Positions 25,737-39,372 of a stretch of DNA of 64,000 bases are shown piece after piece. The notes under the pieces were generated by a model. That model was given only the letters and a program-made list of their open reading frames with translations. It searched no databases and was not told the DNA's origin. The translations under genes were made by a program, and so were the position numbers. Numbering within the stretch: position 1 is the first letter of the stretch; the number at the start of each line of letters is the position of its first letter. Source of the DNA: Alphaproteobacteria bacterium (GTDB taxonomy: Bacteria; Pseudomonadota; Alphaproteobacteria; Bin95). Where the stretch lies: contig OZ219789.1 of the NCBI GenBank assembly GCA_964291285.2, positions 128,001-192,000 of the forward strand. Reading direction: 5' to 3'.

Positions 25737-26753
25737 GTGAGTCGGGCATACGGTCGTTCTTGGCGAAACATCGCTGCCGCCCTGCTCGCGGCCGCAATGC
25801 TGTCCGCGTGCAGTTCGAACGGCGGCGAGGAGTATGTGGAGCGGCCGGTCGAGGCCCTCTACAACAGCTCGATGGACGCGCTGCTGGCGGGCAATTCCGC
25901 ACTCGCCGCCCAGCGGTTCGACGAAGTCGAGCGCCAGCATCCCTATTCGGTCTGGGCGACCAAGGCGCAGTTGATGGGCGCCTATGCCCACTACCAGGCG
26001 GATGAGTATGACGAAGCGATCGCCGCGCTTGAGCGGTATATCCAGCTTCATCCGGGCAACCCGGACGTCAGCTATGCCTACTACCTGACGGCGATTTCCT
26101 ACTACGAGCAGATCTCGGATGTCGGACGCGACCAGGCCGTGACCCGCAAGGCCCGCGGGGCGCTGGAAGCGGTGGTGCGGCGTTTCCCGGGCAGCGATTA
26201 TGCAGACGACGCCCGCCTGAAACTCGACCTGACGCGGGACCATCTGGCCGGAAAGGAAATGAGCGTAGGACGCTTCTATCTCCGCCAGGGCCATTTGCTG
26301 GCCGCCATAAACCGGTTCCGCATCGTTGTGGAGGAATACCAGACCACGTCCCACGTGCCCGAAGCCCTGCACCGCCTTGCAGAGGCCTACACCGCTGTCG
26401 GGCTCGACGAGGAGGCGGTCCGGGTTGCCGCCGTGCTTCAGCACAACTATCCCGGCAATGAGTGGTATTCGGACAGCTACAACCTTGTCGAAAAAGGCGA
26501 AACCGCCCCGCAGGAGGATGCCGAAGGCGGCTGGTTCTCGCGCAACTGGAACGCCCTTTTCGATCCGGCGGCGGCGGTCGGCGGCGGCGCCGGGCGCGCA
26601 GACGAGCTGGCGAAGGAACTGGCCGAAACCAGGGCAGCCGAGGATGCGGAACTCATGGAACGCGCCCGGCTGATGGAGCGGGAGCGCGGCGGAGGAAAGA
26701 CCGGAGCGCCTCAGCCGCCGGCCAAGGCGCCTCCGGGAACTCCCAAGGGATAA
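25737..26753 (+). CDS. bamD: Outer membrane assembly lipoprotein BamD
   Basis: LSAC lipobox; EVERQHPYS.WA, RDQ, LAGKEM.VGRFY and EALHRL motifs; lpxC-bamD-recN-ligA synteny. Confidence 0.95.
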   Translation: MSRAYGRSWRNIAAALLAAAMLSACSSNGGEEYVERPVEALYNSSMDALLAGNSALAAQRFDEVERQHPYSVWATKAQLMGAYAHYQADEYDEAIAALERYIQLHPGNPDVSYAYYLTAISYYEQISDVGRDQAVTRKARGALEAVVRRFPGSDYADDARLKLDLTRDHLAGKEMSVGRFYLRQGHLLAAINRFRIVVEEYQTTSHVPEALHRLAEAYTAVGLDEEAVRVAAVLQHNYPGNEWYSDSYNLVEKGETAPQEDAEGGWFSRNWNALFDPAAAVGGGAGRADELAKELAETRAAEDAELMERARLMERERGGGKTGAPQPPAKAPPGTPKG

Positions 26754-26765
26754 CGCCCGGCCGCC

Positions 26766-31422
<4,657 letters not shown>

Positions 31423-31480
31423 CGAGCCCGGCTGCAATCCTGAATAAAGGGCTCATAACAGGAAGAGGAGGCGCCTGCCT

Positions 31481-31699
31481 TTGTCGAAAGAGGAAATGAT
31501 GGTCTTCGGTGGGACCGTGACCGAAAAGCTGCCGAACGCGATGTTTCGGGTGAAACTGGAGAACGAGCACGAAATCATCGCCCATACAGCCGGGAAGATG
31601 CGAAAATTCCGTATCCGCGTCATGGTCGGGGATCGGGTGGATGTCGAAATGACGCCCTATGACCTGACCAAGGGCCGGATCACGTTCCGCCACAAGTAA
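31481..31699 (+). CDS. infA: Translation initiation factor IF-1
   Basis: [12 protein letters not shown]...GKMRK.RIR...[17 protein letters not shown]; TTG start after a GAGGAGG SD. Confidence 0.97.
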   Translation: MSKEEMMVFGGTVTEKLPNAMFRVKLENEHEIIAHTAGKMRKFRIRVMVGDRVDVEMTPYDLTKGRITFRHK

Positions 31700-32357
31700 G
31701 CCCGAGCGAGACCGCGACAGCGCGTTCGAGCGCCGGCCAGTCCTTCGGGCGGCCGTCGGCTTCCGCCGGCTTCTCGACCAGCCGCGCCAAGCGCTCCGTC
31801 GCCACGAAATGCAGGCATGCGATCTCCGGCGCCGCCTGCTTGACCGAGACATGGTTGTTCGGCCCGTCATCGACGAAGACGGCGGGACCGCCGGCGTGCG
31901 CGGCAAGCCAGGCGGCCGCCGGCCCCTTGTCTCCCGTATTCACAACCACGGGGTAGGGCATCCGGTTCCGGGCAAGCGCCAGTCGGCGGGCATCGCGCTG
32001 CGCCGGCGGGATATTGGTCAGCACCACGATCTGCACACCGGCGCGGGCAAGCCGGGCGAGCCCTTCCGCAGCGCCCGGCACCGGCGGAATATCCTCGGCG
32101 TGCGCGGCAAAGAACTCCTGCAGCAGAGCGAAGACCTGCGGCTGGTCCAGCACTGTGTCATCCGAAGCCCGGCGTACATTTCCGGTGAGGCGGAAGGACG
32201 ACCAGTCGAAGGAATAGCCGCGAGCTTCGATATGTCCCACAAAGGTCTCGACGAAGCGGAACAGCACCTCGTCCGCATCTGAAATCAGCAGGGGGCGACC
32301 GGGCTCGACGCCGGCCGCTTCCAGTTGCGCCAGCGTGGCGGCCGGCAGTGCGGTCAT
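31680..32357 (-). CDS. HAD-like conserved hypothetical protein
   Basis: [14 protein letters not shown] and FVDD motifs resemble HAD motifs I-IV. Confidence 0.7.
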   Translation of the reverse strand: MTALPAATLAQLEAAGVEPGRPLLISDADEVLFRFVETFVGHIEARGYSFDWSSFRLTGNVRRASDDTVLDQPQVFALLQEFFAAHAEDIPPVPGAAEGLARLARAGVQIVVLTNIPPAQRDARRLALARNRMPYPVVVNTGDKGPAAAWLAAHAGGPAVFVDDGPNNHVSVKQAAPEIACLHFVATERLARLVEKPAEADGRPKDWPALERAVAVSLGLTCGGT

Positions 32358-32902
32358 GTCCGTTTGCCCTTCAGGCGTTCGCCGATCTGGTCCGCCAGAT
32401 GGCGGACTCCGTCGAGATAGGGGTTGAGTTCGAGTGCGCGGTGCAGCCATGTCAGCGCGTCCTCTTCCCGGCCCAGCGCGACCAGGATCATGCCGAGGCC
32501 CGACAGGGCGCCGTAATGACGCGGCTCCAGACTGAGCACATGCTGCACATCGGCCACGGACTCGCGGTGCCGGCCCATCATGTAGAGAACGGTGGCGCGC
32601 TTGTTCCAGCCTTCCGCGAATCCGGGCGCATGCCTGACGATCTCATTGAAGCGTTCGAGCGCCCGTTCGAGCGCTCCGCGCTGCATGGCGATCACACCTT
32701 GGGCCATCAGACGGTTCACTGCCCTGTCTTCGGAATGCAGCCAGAGCAGCCAGATGCGCTGGTCCACCTCTAAGGCTTCCTGCGGCGTCAACTCCTGCTG
32801 AAGGCGATCGAACAGCGCCGGTAATTCGGGATCGTTCTGGTCGGCGGCGGCAATGCCGCCCGAGAGCGCCAGAAGAACCGCGAACGCCAGCGCGCGCAGC
32901 AG
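32354..32902 (-). CDS. Secreted tetratricopeptide repeat protein
   Basis: Signal peptide, then DQNDP.L..LF..L; AEGWNKRAT and LEPRHYGALSGLG TPR motifs. Start uncertain (CTG at 32902 or GTG at 32962). Confidence 0.8.
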   Translation of the reverse strand: MLRALAFAVLLALSGGIAAADQNDPELPALFDRLQQELTPQEALEVDQRIWLLWLHSEDRAVNRLMAQGVIAMQRGALERALERFNEIVRHAPGFAEGWNKRATVLYMMGRHRESVADVQHVLSLEPRHYGALSGLGMILVALGREEDALTWLHRALELNPYLDGVRHLADQIGERLKGKRT

Positions 32903-32903
32903 T

Positions 32904-33029
32904 TTAGCCCTGCCGGGCCTTGAACCGGCGGTTGGTCTTGTTGATGACGTAGATGCGGCCACGGCGTCTCACGACCTGCGAGTCCTTGTGGCGCTTCTTC
33001 AACGTCTTCAGAGAGCGAACGACCTTCAT
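32904..33029 (-). CDS. rpmJ: 50S ribosomal protein L36, Zn-independent type
   Basis: Hand translation [41 protein letters not shown]; below the ORF-track length cutoff. Confidence 0.96.
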   Translation of the reverse strand: MKVVRSLKTLKKRHKDSQVVRRRGRIYVINKTNRRFKARQG

Positions 33030-33214
33030 CCTGTCCATCCCGGCCCGGAAGCCCCGGCTTCTACCTGCGCTCTCCGCTCGCTGTCAACATGCAGGCCGCC
33101 GCAAGAAGGGCTCGCTCACCCCGAAACGGTCGTTGACCTTACCCTGCGAGGTGCCACAAGGCCCGAACGCGAACCGGCGGAATACTGGCCGCAGGCAATT
33201 GTTCCCGGGGGCTT

Positions 33215-34042
33215 TCAGGCTGACGGCCAGGCTTCGCCAAAATCCCCGAGCGAGAAGTCGGTGCCCGGATGCCGGTTCCGGCCGCGGACCAGTTCCACAG
33301 GCAAGTCTCCCCAGTCCGCCGCCGCATTCTCGATGCGCCGGTGGACGCAGCTCGTGGCCGGCATGTAGCGCATGGCGAACCCGGCCCGGCGTCGCCCGGA
33401 GCTGTTGGCGGCCGAGCCGTGGACGATGCCGATATCGTGGACCGACACCTGTCCCGGCTCCAGTTCGATGGTGTGCGCTGCGCTTTCGTCGAAATCCTGA
33501 AGCCCGATCTCCCGGTTCAGGGTCGAGTCCGGATCGTCCACAAGCTCGTGGCGGCGAAAGGGCTCACGGTGAGAGCCGGGAATGACACGCATCGCACCAT
33601 TGCCGGCATCGACCTCGTCGAGGGCCAGCCAAGCCGTGCAGGAGGCCATCGGCTCAATAGGCCAGAACGGCCCGTCCTGATGCCACGGAACGATGCGACT
33701 GCTCCGGGGCGTCTTGCAGAAGAGATGAGTGAACAGCAGCACGAGATCCGGTCCCATGACCGCCTCCGCCATGTCCAGGATGCGGCAGTCATGCGCGATG
33801 GCATGGAAGGCGCGGCTGCCGCGCAGCCGGTAGGGCCGGCCCCGGTCCAGATGCGGGTTGATGATCCGGTCCGGCTCGGCGTCCGGATTGTCGCGGAGCA
33901 CCTGCTCGACGGCCGATTGCAGGACCCTGAGTTCGTTTTCGTCGAGGCGAAATCCGGCCGGAACCACATAGCCATCGCGCCTGTAGGTTTCGACCTCCGC
34001 TTCGGTCAGCATCAGCGCCTCCTTCCCCGCAAGCCTGTCCAT
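33215..34042 (-). CDS. Phytanoyl-CoA dioxygenase (PhyH) family protein
   Basis: WHQD, NGAMRVIPGSH and HGS..N.S..RR motifs. Confidence 0.9.
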   Translation of the reverse strand: MDRLAGKEALMLTEAEVETYRRDGYVVPAGFRLDENELRVLQSAVEQVLRDNPDAEPDRIINPHLDRGRPYRLRGSRAFHAIAHDCRILDMAEAVMGPDLVLLFTHLFCKTPRSSRIVPWHQDGPFWPIEPMASCTAWLALDEVDAGNGAMRVIPGSHREPFRRHELVDDPDSTLNREIGLQDFDESAAHTIELEPGQVSVHDIGIVHGSAANSSGRRRAGFAMRYMPATSCVHRRIENAAADWGDLPVELVRGRNRHPGTDFSLGDFGEAWPSA

Positions 34043-34060
34043 TCCAAGCGCCCGCGACAG

Positions 34061-34088
34061 TTGCGGTCCGGGCGGCCCGCGCTATAAG
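34061..34088 (+). promoter_or_regulatory. Putative sigma70 promoter of tRNA-Gln
   Basis: TTGCGG-N16-TATAAG, 13 nt upstream of the tRNA. Confidence 0.5.
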
Positions 34089-34101
34089 TGCAGCGCTCCG
34101 G

Positions 34102-34176
34102 TGGGGCGTAGCCAAGCGGTCAAGGCAGCGGGTTTTGATCCCGCGATCCCTGGTTCGAATCCAGGCGCCCCAGCCA
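34102..34176 (+). tRNA. tRNA-Gln(TTG)
   Basis: TGGGGCGTAGCCAAGCGGT...; anticodon arm GCGGG-TTTTGAT-CCCGC; T-loop GGTTCGAATCC; ends in CCA. Confidence 0.96.
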
Positions 34177-34199
34177 TCGCCGGGCCGGTCCCCTGCCGG

Positions 34200-35024
34200 T
34201 CAGAACGGACGGTCGCCCTGGATCGTTACCCGGTTGCCGGACCGCACATTGGGATAGTAGTCCCACATCGCCAGGTGCTGAACGCTGCGATTGTCCCAGA
34301 ACGCCACGGAATTCGGCCGCCAGCGGAACCGCGCCTGGAATTGCGACTTGGCATTGTGCCGGTAGAGAAATTCCAGAATCGCGTCCGACTCGTCGCGCGG
34401 CAGGTCTTTCAGCCGCATCGTGAACACGGGGTTCACGAAAATCGTCTTTCTGCCGGTCACCGGATGGGTACGGATGACGGGATGCTCGCTGCGCGGATAG
34501 AAATTCTTGTCTTCCCTGCCATCGCGCCGGCTGCGGTCGCGGTAGTTCCGTGTGCCGTCGTGGATGGCGGTCAGCCCGCCGAGGAACTCCTTCATCGGCT
34601 CCGACAGTGCGTCATAGGCCGCTGTCATGCTGGCGAAGAGTGTGTCGCCGCCTTCCTCCGGCACGGTGTGCAGATGCAGGATCGAGCCCATCGGCGGCTC
34701 GGGGTCGCAGGAGACGTCCGAATGCCAGGCCTCGCCGGCGATCTGGGTCGAATTGGCATCGGTGTGGATCCGAAGGATCTCCGGATGGCCGTCCGGGCCG
34801 GGACGGAAGGGGTGGATATGCAGCTCCCCGAACCGCCGGCCGAAGTCCTTGTGCTGGTCCAGCGTCATCTCCTGGTCGCGGAAGAAGATCACCTGGTGGC
34901 GCATCAGCGCGTCGTGGACTTCGGTGAATTGGTGGTTGCCCATCGGTTCGGCCAGATCGACGCCATGGATTTCGGCGCCGATGGTCGGCGTCAACGGGCG
35001 GACTTCGATGGTCTCGTAAGTCAT
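34200..35024 (-). CDS. TauD/TfdA family Fe(II)/2-oxoglutarate dioxygenase
   Basis: IGAEI.GVDL, WHSDV, GGDTLFA, HPVIRTHP.TG and WDNR..QH motifs. Confidence 0.94.
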   Translation of the reverse strand: MTYETIEVRPLTPTIGAEIHGVDLAEPMGNHQFTEVHDALMRHQVIFFRDQEMTLDQHKDFGRRFGELHIHPFRPGPDGHPEILRIHTDANSTQIAGEAWHSDVSCDPEPPMGSILHLHTVPEEGGDTLFASMTAAYDALSEPMKEFLGGLTAIHDGTRNYRDRSRRDGREDKNFYPRSEHPVIRTHPVTGRKTIFVNPVFTMRLKDLPRDESDAILEFLYRHNAKSQFQARFRWRPNSVAFWDNRSVQHLAMWDYYPNVRSGNRVTIQGDRPF

Positions 35025-35043
35025 GTCTGCCGGTCTCCTCCTG

Positions 35044-35994
35044 TCAGCTCGCCTTGTAGCCGATCGTGTCCAGCATGACCCTGATTGCGGCCGCGGACTC
35101 CTCGACAAGTTCCGATGCCTCCGCAGCCGTTTGGTACACAATCGGCATCAGGATCGCTTCCGAAATCTTGATCATGTCGGGGTCCGTGGACGCGACTTTC
35201 AGCGCAGCCTCCATCCTGGCGACGATGACCGGGTCGATCCCTTTCGGGAAGGAGACGACGGTCGGCGCGTCGATGGCAAGGCCCTCATAGCCTGCCTCGA
35301 TCAGGGTTTCGGTGTCGGGGTAGTTCCCTAGGCGCTTGGTCGAGGCGGCCGCGATGGTCTTGAACTTGCCCGGATAGCGCGCATGGATGCCGCCCGAATA
35401 GGCGAAATCGACTTGGCCGGACAGCACGAGTTGGACCATGCCGCGCCCACCCTTGGTCGGAATGTAGTCGACTTCGAGCCCCGACTGGCGCGCGATGGAC
35501 TGCATGATGATCTTCGCGCCGGGGCTGAGGGAGGCGTATTTGATCTTGCCCTTCTCCTTCGCATAGGCGACGAGGCCGGCCATGTCGTCGAAGGGTGCGT
35601 CTGCAGGCGCGACCATGCTGACCTGGAATTCGGTGAGGCCGCCGGCATAGACGAAGTCGTCGGCGGTGAACTGGAGCGCCGAGTTGATCTGCGGATTCAG
35701 GGTGATGCCCGACACGGCCCCGAAGAAGAACATGTCGCCGTTCGGTTCCTCGTTCTTGAAACCCTCGAGCGCTACCGCCTGCCCGCCGCCCGGGCGGTTA
35801 ATGACGTTCACCTGCTGTCCGAGTTCGCGCGTCAGGATTTTCGCGAGTACGCGCCCCTTGGTGTCGGTGCCGCCGCCGGCCTTGTAGCCGATCAGCATGG
35901 TGATCGGCCCGGTCGGCCAGTCCGTCGCCGATGCCGGCAGTGCTGCGCCGAGCGCGAACATCGCCGCGACAAATGCCTTCAGAAGCCCCTTCAT
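35044..35994 (-). CDS. Tripartite tricarboxylate transporter substrate-binding protein (TctC/Bug)
   Basis: Signal peptide; WP..PI...GYKAGGGTD and NRPGGG motifs. Confidence 0.88.
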   Translation of the reverse strand: MKGLLKAFVAAMFALGAALPASATDWPTGPITMLIGYKAGGGTDTKGRVLAKILTRELGQQVNVINRPGGGQAVALEGFKNEEPNGDMFFFGAVSGITLNPQINSALQFTADDFVYAGGLTEFQVSMVAPADAPFDDMAGLVAYAKEKGKIKYASLSPGAKIIMQSIARQSGLEVDYIPTKGGRGMVQLVLSGQVDFAYSGGIHARYPGKFKTIAAASTKRLGNYPDTETLIEAGYEGLAIDAPTVVSFPKGIDPVIVARMEAALKVASTDPDMIKISEAILMPIVYQTAAEASELVEESAAAIRVMLDTIGYKAS

Positions 35995-36047
35995 CTTTCC
36001 CCTCTCCATGAAAATACTGCGTTGGACGGGAACGAATCCCGTCCGGG

Positions 36048-37553
36048 CTAGTCGCCAACGATAGCTTCCCGTTGGCGGCGCTGCAACACGGTCAGCCGCC
36101 AGACACCGAACACGGCCAGTACACCGAAGGCAAGCGCCACGGGATGGTCGAGAAGTTCCGAGACGTCTGTGACGAGGCCGAGCGTCTGGCGCAGCGATAA
36201 TTCGAAGGACGGCCCGATGACGAAACCGATCAAGAAGGTGACGAAGGAGAAGTCGTATTTCTTGGCGAAGAATCCGATGACTCCGAACACGACCATGACA
36301 CCGATCCCGAAGGCGCCGCCGCCCTGGAGGTAGGCGCCGAGGCAGCAAAGGAACACGACCACCGGCATCACAAGCGCCGGCGAGATGCGCACGATCCTGG
36401 CAAAGACGTTCTGCCCGAAATATCCGATCAGCAGCAGGAACAGGCTCGCCGCGATCATCGACATGTAAACGCCGAGAATCAGGTCCCTGTTCTCCAGGAA
36501 GAGCAGCGGCCCGGGCGTGATGCCCTGGATCGTGAAGGCTCCGATCAGGATGGCGGCAATGACGCTGCCGGGGATGCCGATGGCGAAGAGCGGCACGAAG
36601 GAGGCGGGCACCACGGCATTGTCTGCGCTCTCGGCCGCGGCCACGCCTTCGATGGCTCCCGTCTCTTCAAAATCGGCGCCGCGGCCGGAGGCCCTGCGCT
36701 CGGCCCCGTAGGAGAGGAAGGAGCCGACGCTAGCGCCGAGGCCCGGCAGGATGCCGACCCCGGTGCCGATCAGGCAACCTCGAAGGATCGCGCGGGCGGA
36801 ACGGCGCCAATCGCCGAGGGTGACGATCCTGTCCTCACGCAAACCCGAGCCCCGCAGCAGGTCGGCCTCTTCCTGAAGCCGCTGGCGCTGGCCGATCTGG
36901 ATCATCATCTCCGAGAGCGCCAGCATGCCGATAGCGACCGGGATCAGCGGCAGGCCGTCATAGACCTCGATCAGGCCGAAAGTGAGGCGCGGCGACCCGG
37001 TCTCCACTTCAAGGCCGATGCAGGACACAAGGATACCGAACAGACCGGCGATCAGGCCCTTTATCATCGACCGCCCGGACAGGCCGGCGATGAAGACCAT
37101 CGAGAAGGCTAGAATTCCGGTGAGTTCCACCGGGCCTATGCCGAGCGCATATTCCGCCAGTTCCTGAGCGACGAGGATGAGCACGATCGTCGAGAACAGG
37201 TCGCCGATAACAGAGGCGAACAGGCCCATTTTCAGCGCCTTTTGCGCCTTGCCGGCGCGCGCGAGCGGATATCCTGCCATCGCCGTCGGCGTCGAGGACG
37301 GCTCGCCCGGCGTGTTCAGCAGGATCGCCGAAACAGCGCTGCCAGCAGTCGAGCCCTTGGCGATGCCGACGAGGAAAGCGATGGCCGCGAGCGGCGAGAG
37401 ATAGAAGGTGAGCGGGATTGCGACGGCTGTCGCCGTACCCTTGCCGAGGCCCGGCAACGCGCCCACCAGATAGCCGAGCGTGACCCCGAACAGGATCCAG
37501 GCGAGGTTGCCCGGTGCGAAGGCGGCCTCAAGAACAGGCAGGAAGGATTCCAA
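36048..37553 (-). CDS. Tripartite tricarboxylate transporter TctA permease
   Basis: GALPGL, AILLNTPG, GILPGLG, AAESADNA and GIPG motifs. Confidence 0.92.
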   Translation of the reverse strand: MESFLPVLEAAFAPGNLAWILFGVTLGYLVGALPGLGKGTATAVAIPLTFYLSPLAAIAFLVGIAKGSTAGSAVSAILLNTPGEPSSTPTAMAGYPLARAGKAQKALKMGLFASVIGDLFSTIVLILVAQELAEYALGIGPVELTGILAFSMVFIAGLSGRSMIKGLIAGLFGILVSCIGLEVETGSPRLTFGLIEVYDGLPLIPVAIGMLALSEMMIQIGQRQRLQEEADLLRGSGLREDRIVTLGDWRRSARAILRGCLIGTGVGILPGLGASVGSFLSYGAERRASGRGADFEETGAIEGVAAAESADNAVVPASFVPLFAIGIPGSVIAAILIGAFTIQGITPGPLLFLENRDLILGVYMSMIAASLFLLLIGYFGQNVFARIVRISPALVMPVVVFLCCLGAYLQGGGAFGIGVMVVFGVIGFFAKKYDFSFVTFLIGFVIGPSFELSLRQTLGLVTDVSELLDHPVALAFGVLAVFGVWRLTVLQRRQREAIVGD

Positions 37554-37568
37554 GGCGCGGCTCCGTTT

Positions 37569-38015
37569 TCAGCCTATCGCCGTGCCGAGCACACGATAGA
37601 AGAGGAACCAGGCCCCCACCAGAAGCACGGCGGGAATGCCGACGAGCAGCCAGATCCGCCGTTCGCCCATGTAGAGCATCGGCCCCACGATCAGCAGCAC
37701 GGCCGCCACGGCCGGCGACACCCAGACGAAGAGGGCGATGGCCGCGCCGACCGCAAGCATGACCGCGAGCATCGCCCACCATTCGGCGGCCGGCACGGCC
37801 ACGCCGGCCGCCACGCCCCGGCGCAGGCGGCCGGTCGCCTGCAGGGTCAGCAGGACGGCGAGGCCGGTAATCCCGACGGAGCAGATTTGCGGCAGCAGCG
37901 CCGGCGATATGGTGGCGTCGCCGCCTTCGGAGGTCTGGGTCGGGATCACCACGGCCAGCATGGCCAGGCCGAATACAAGCAGCACGATGCCGGCGATCAG
38001 GTCCGATTTCGGCAA
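37569..38015 (-). CDS. Tripartite tricarboxylate transporter TctB
   Basis: Small 4-TM protein directly upstream of tctA. Confidence 0.8.
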   Translation of the reverse strand: MPKSDLIAGIVLLVFGLAMLAVVIPTQTSEGGDATISPALLPQICSVGITGLAVLLTLQATGRLRRGVAAGVAVPAAEWWAMLAVMLAVGAAIALFVWVSPAVAAVLLIVGPMLYMGERRIWLLVGIPAVLLVGAWFLFYRVLGTAIG

Positions 38016-38111
38016 CTGGCAGTCCCCCGAACTCCCCCGGTCCCCGCCCAGCAGGCGAGGTCCTTCAGGATAGCCGTCCCCGAACCCGCCTGTCGAGGCG
38101 GCGCTCCGTTC

Positions 38112-39302
38112 TCAGACGACACCCTTCCGGGCAAGCTTGGCAACCTCCTCCGGGGAGAGGCCGAGCGCGCCGTAAACCTCCTCGTTGGCCTCGCCGAGCG
38201 CGGGGCCGAGCCGCTCCACCCGGCCGGGCGTGCGCGAGAGCTTCGGCACGACGCCGGGCACCGCGATCTCGCCGGTATCCGCGTCGCTCACCCGCAGGAT
38301 CGCTTCCCGGGCCGCGAAGTGCGGGTCCGCAAAGATTTCATCCACGGCGTTGACCGGGCCGACCGGCACCTCCGCCGCGAGGCAGCGATCCATTGCCTCG
38401 TCGCGGTTCATCGCGCCGAGCCACTCCGCGACGGCGCTGTCCACGATGCCGCGTTCGGCCAGGCGGGCCGGGGCCTCGCCGTAGCGCTCCTGCAGGTCGG
38501 GCCGCTCCATGGCGCCGGTCAGCCGCTCGAACATCTTGTCGCTGGTGCAGGCAATGGCGATCCAGCGTCCGTCGCTGCATTCGAAATGCCCGTGCGGACA
38601 GGCATTGAGCGTGTTCGACCCCTCGCGGCCGCGTATCGTTCCCGCGGCGTCGTAAGCGGGCGCGAGTTCGTCCAGCACCCGGAACACCGGCTCGAAAAGC
38701 GCGAGGTCGATGACCTGGCCGAGGCCCGACCGCTCCCGTTCGCGGAGCGCCATCAGCACGCCCAGCGCCCCGTACATGCCCGTCATGTAATCGCCGAGCG
38801 AGGTCGAGCCGGGCGTCACCGGCGGGCCGCCCGGAAAGCCGGCGAGGTGGGTCAGCCCGCCGAAGGCATGCGCGATGCGCGCGAAACCCGGCCTCTGGCG
38901 GTAGGGCCCGGTCTGGCCGTACCCGGTGACCCGCAGCATCACCAGGCCCGGATTGGCGGCGGCCAGATCGTCGTAGCCGAGGCCCCAGCGTTCCATCGTG
39001 CCGGGGCGGAAGTTCTCGCACACGACATCGGCGTCCGCCGCCAGCCGGCGGAACAGCGCCGCCCCCTCCGGTGCGCGCAGGTTGAGGGTGATCGAACGCT
39101 TGTTGCGAGACTCGCTGAGCCAGGCGAGGGAGCTGTCGGCGCGCGCGCTCGGCGTGCCGTACCGCCGCCAAGGATCGCCTGCCGGCTGTTCTATCTTGAG
39201 AACCTCCGCGCCGAACTCGCCAAGGATGGTCGCCGCGTGGGGGCCTGCAATGAAAGTTGCCGCATCCAGAACCCGGATGCCGTTCATCGGCCGCTCGCCC
39301 AT
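38112..39302 (-). CDS. CaiB/BaiF class III CoA transferase
   Basis: GIRVLD, AGP, GAEVLKIE, RNKRS, ENFRPG and GYGQTGPY motifs. Confidence 0.93.
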   Translation of the reverse strand: MGERPMNGIRVLDAATFIAGPHAATILGEFGAEVLKIEQPAGDPWRRYGTPSARADSSLAWLSESRNKRSITLNLRAPEGAALFRRLAADADVVCENFRPGTMERWGLGYDDLAAANPGLVMLRVTGYGQTGPYRQRPGFARIAHAFGGLTHLAGFPGGPPVTPGSTSLGDYMTGMYGALGVLMALRERERSGLGQVIDLALFEPVFRVLDELAPAYDAAGTIRGREGSNTLNACPHGHFECSDGRWIAIACTSDKMFERLTGAMERPDLQERYGEAPARLAERGIVDSAVAEWLGAMNRDEAMDRCLAAEVPVGPVNAVDEIFADPHFAAREAILRVSDADTGEIAVPGVVPKLSRTPGRVERLGPALGEANEEVYGALGLSPEEVAKLARKGVV

Positions 39303-39372
39303 TCCCTCGCCCCCTCCGCTTCCGTCAGGCACGGCTTTATAGCAGCCCCGCGAGCGGATAGAGTGGCGCCCC

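Noticed and set aside
34102-34200. tRNA-Gln as a genomic island attachment site
   Set aside because: There is no adjacent integrase, and I saw no duplicated tRNA 3' end in the window.
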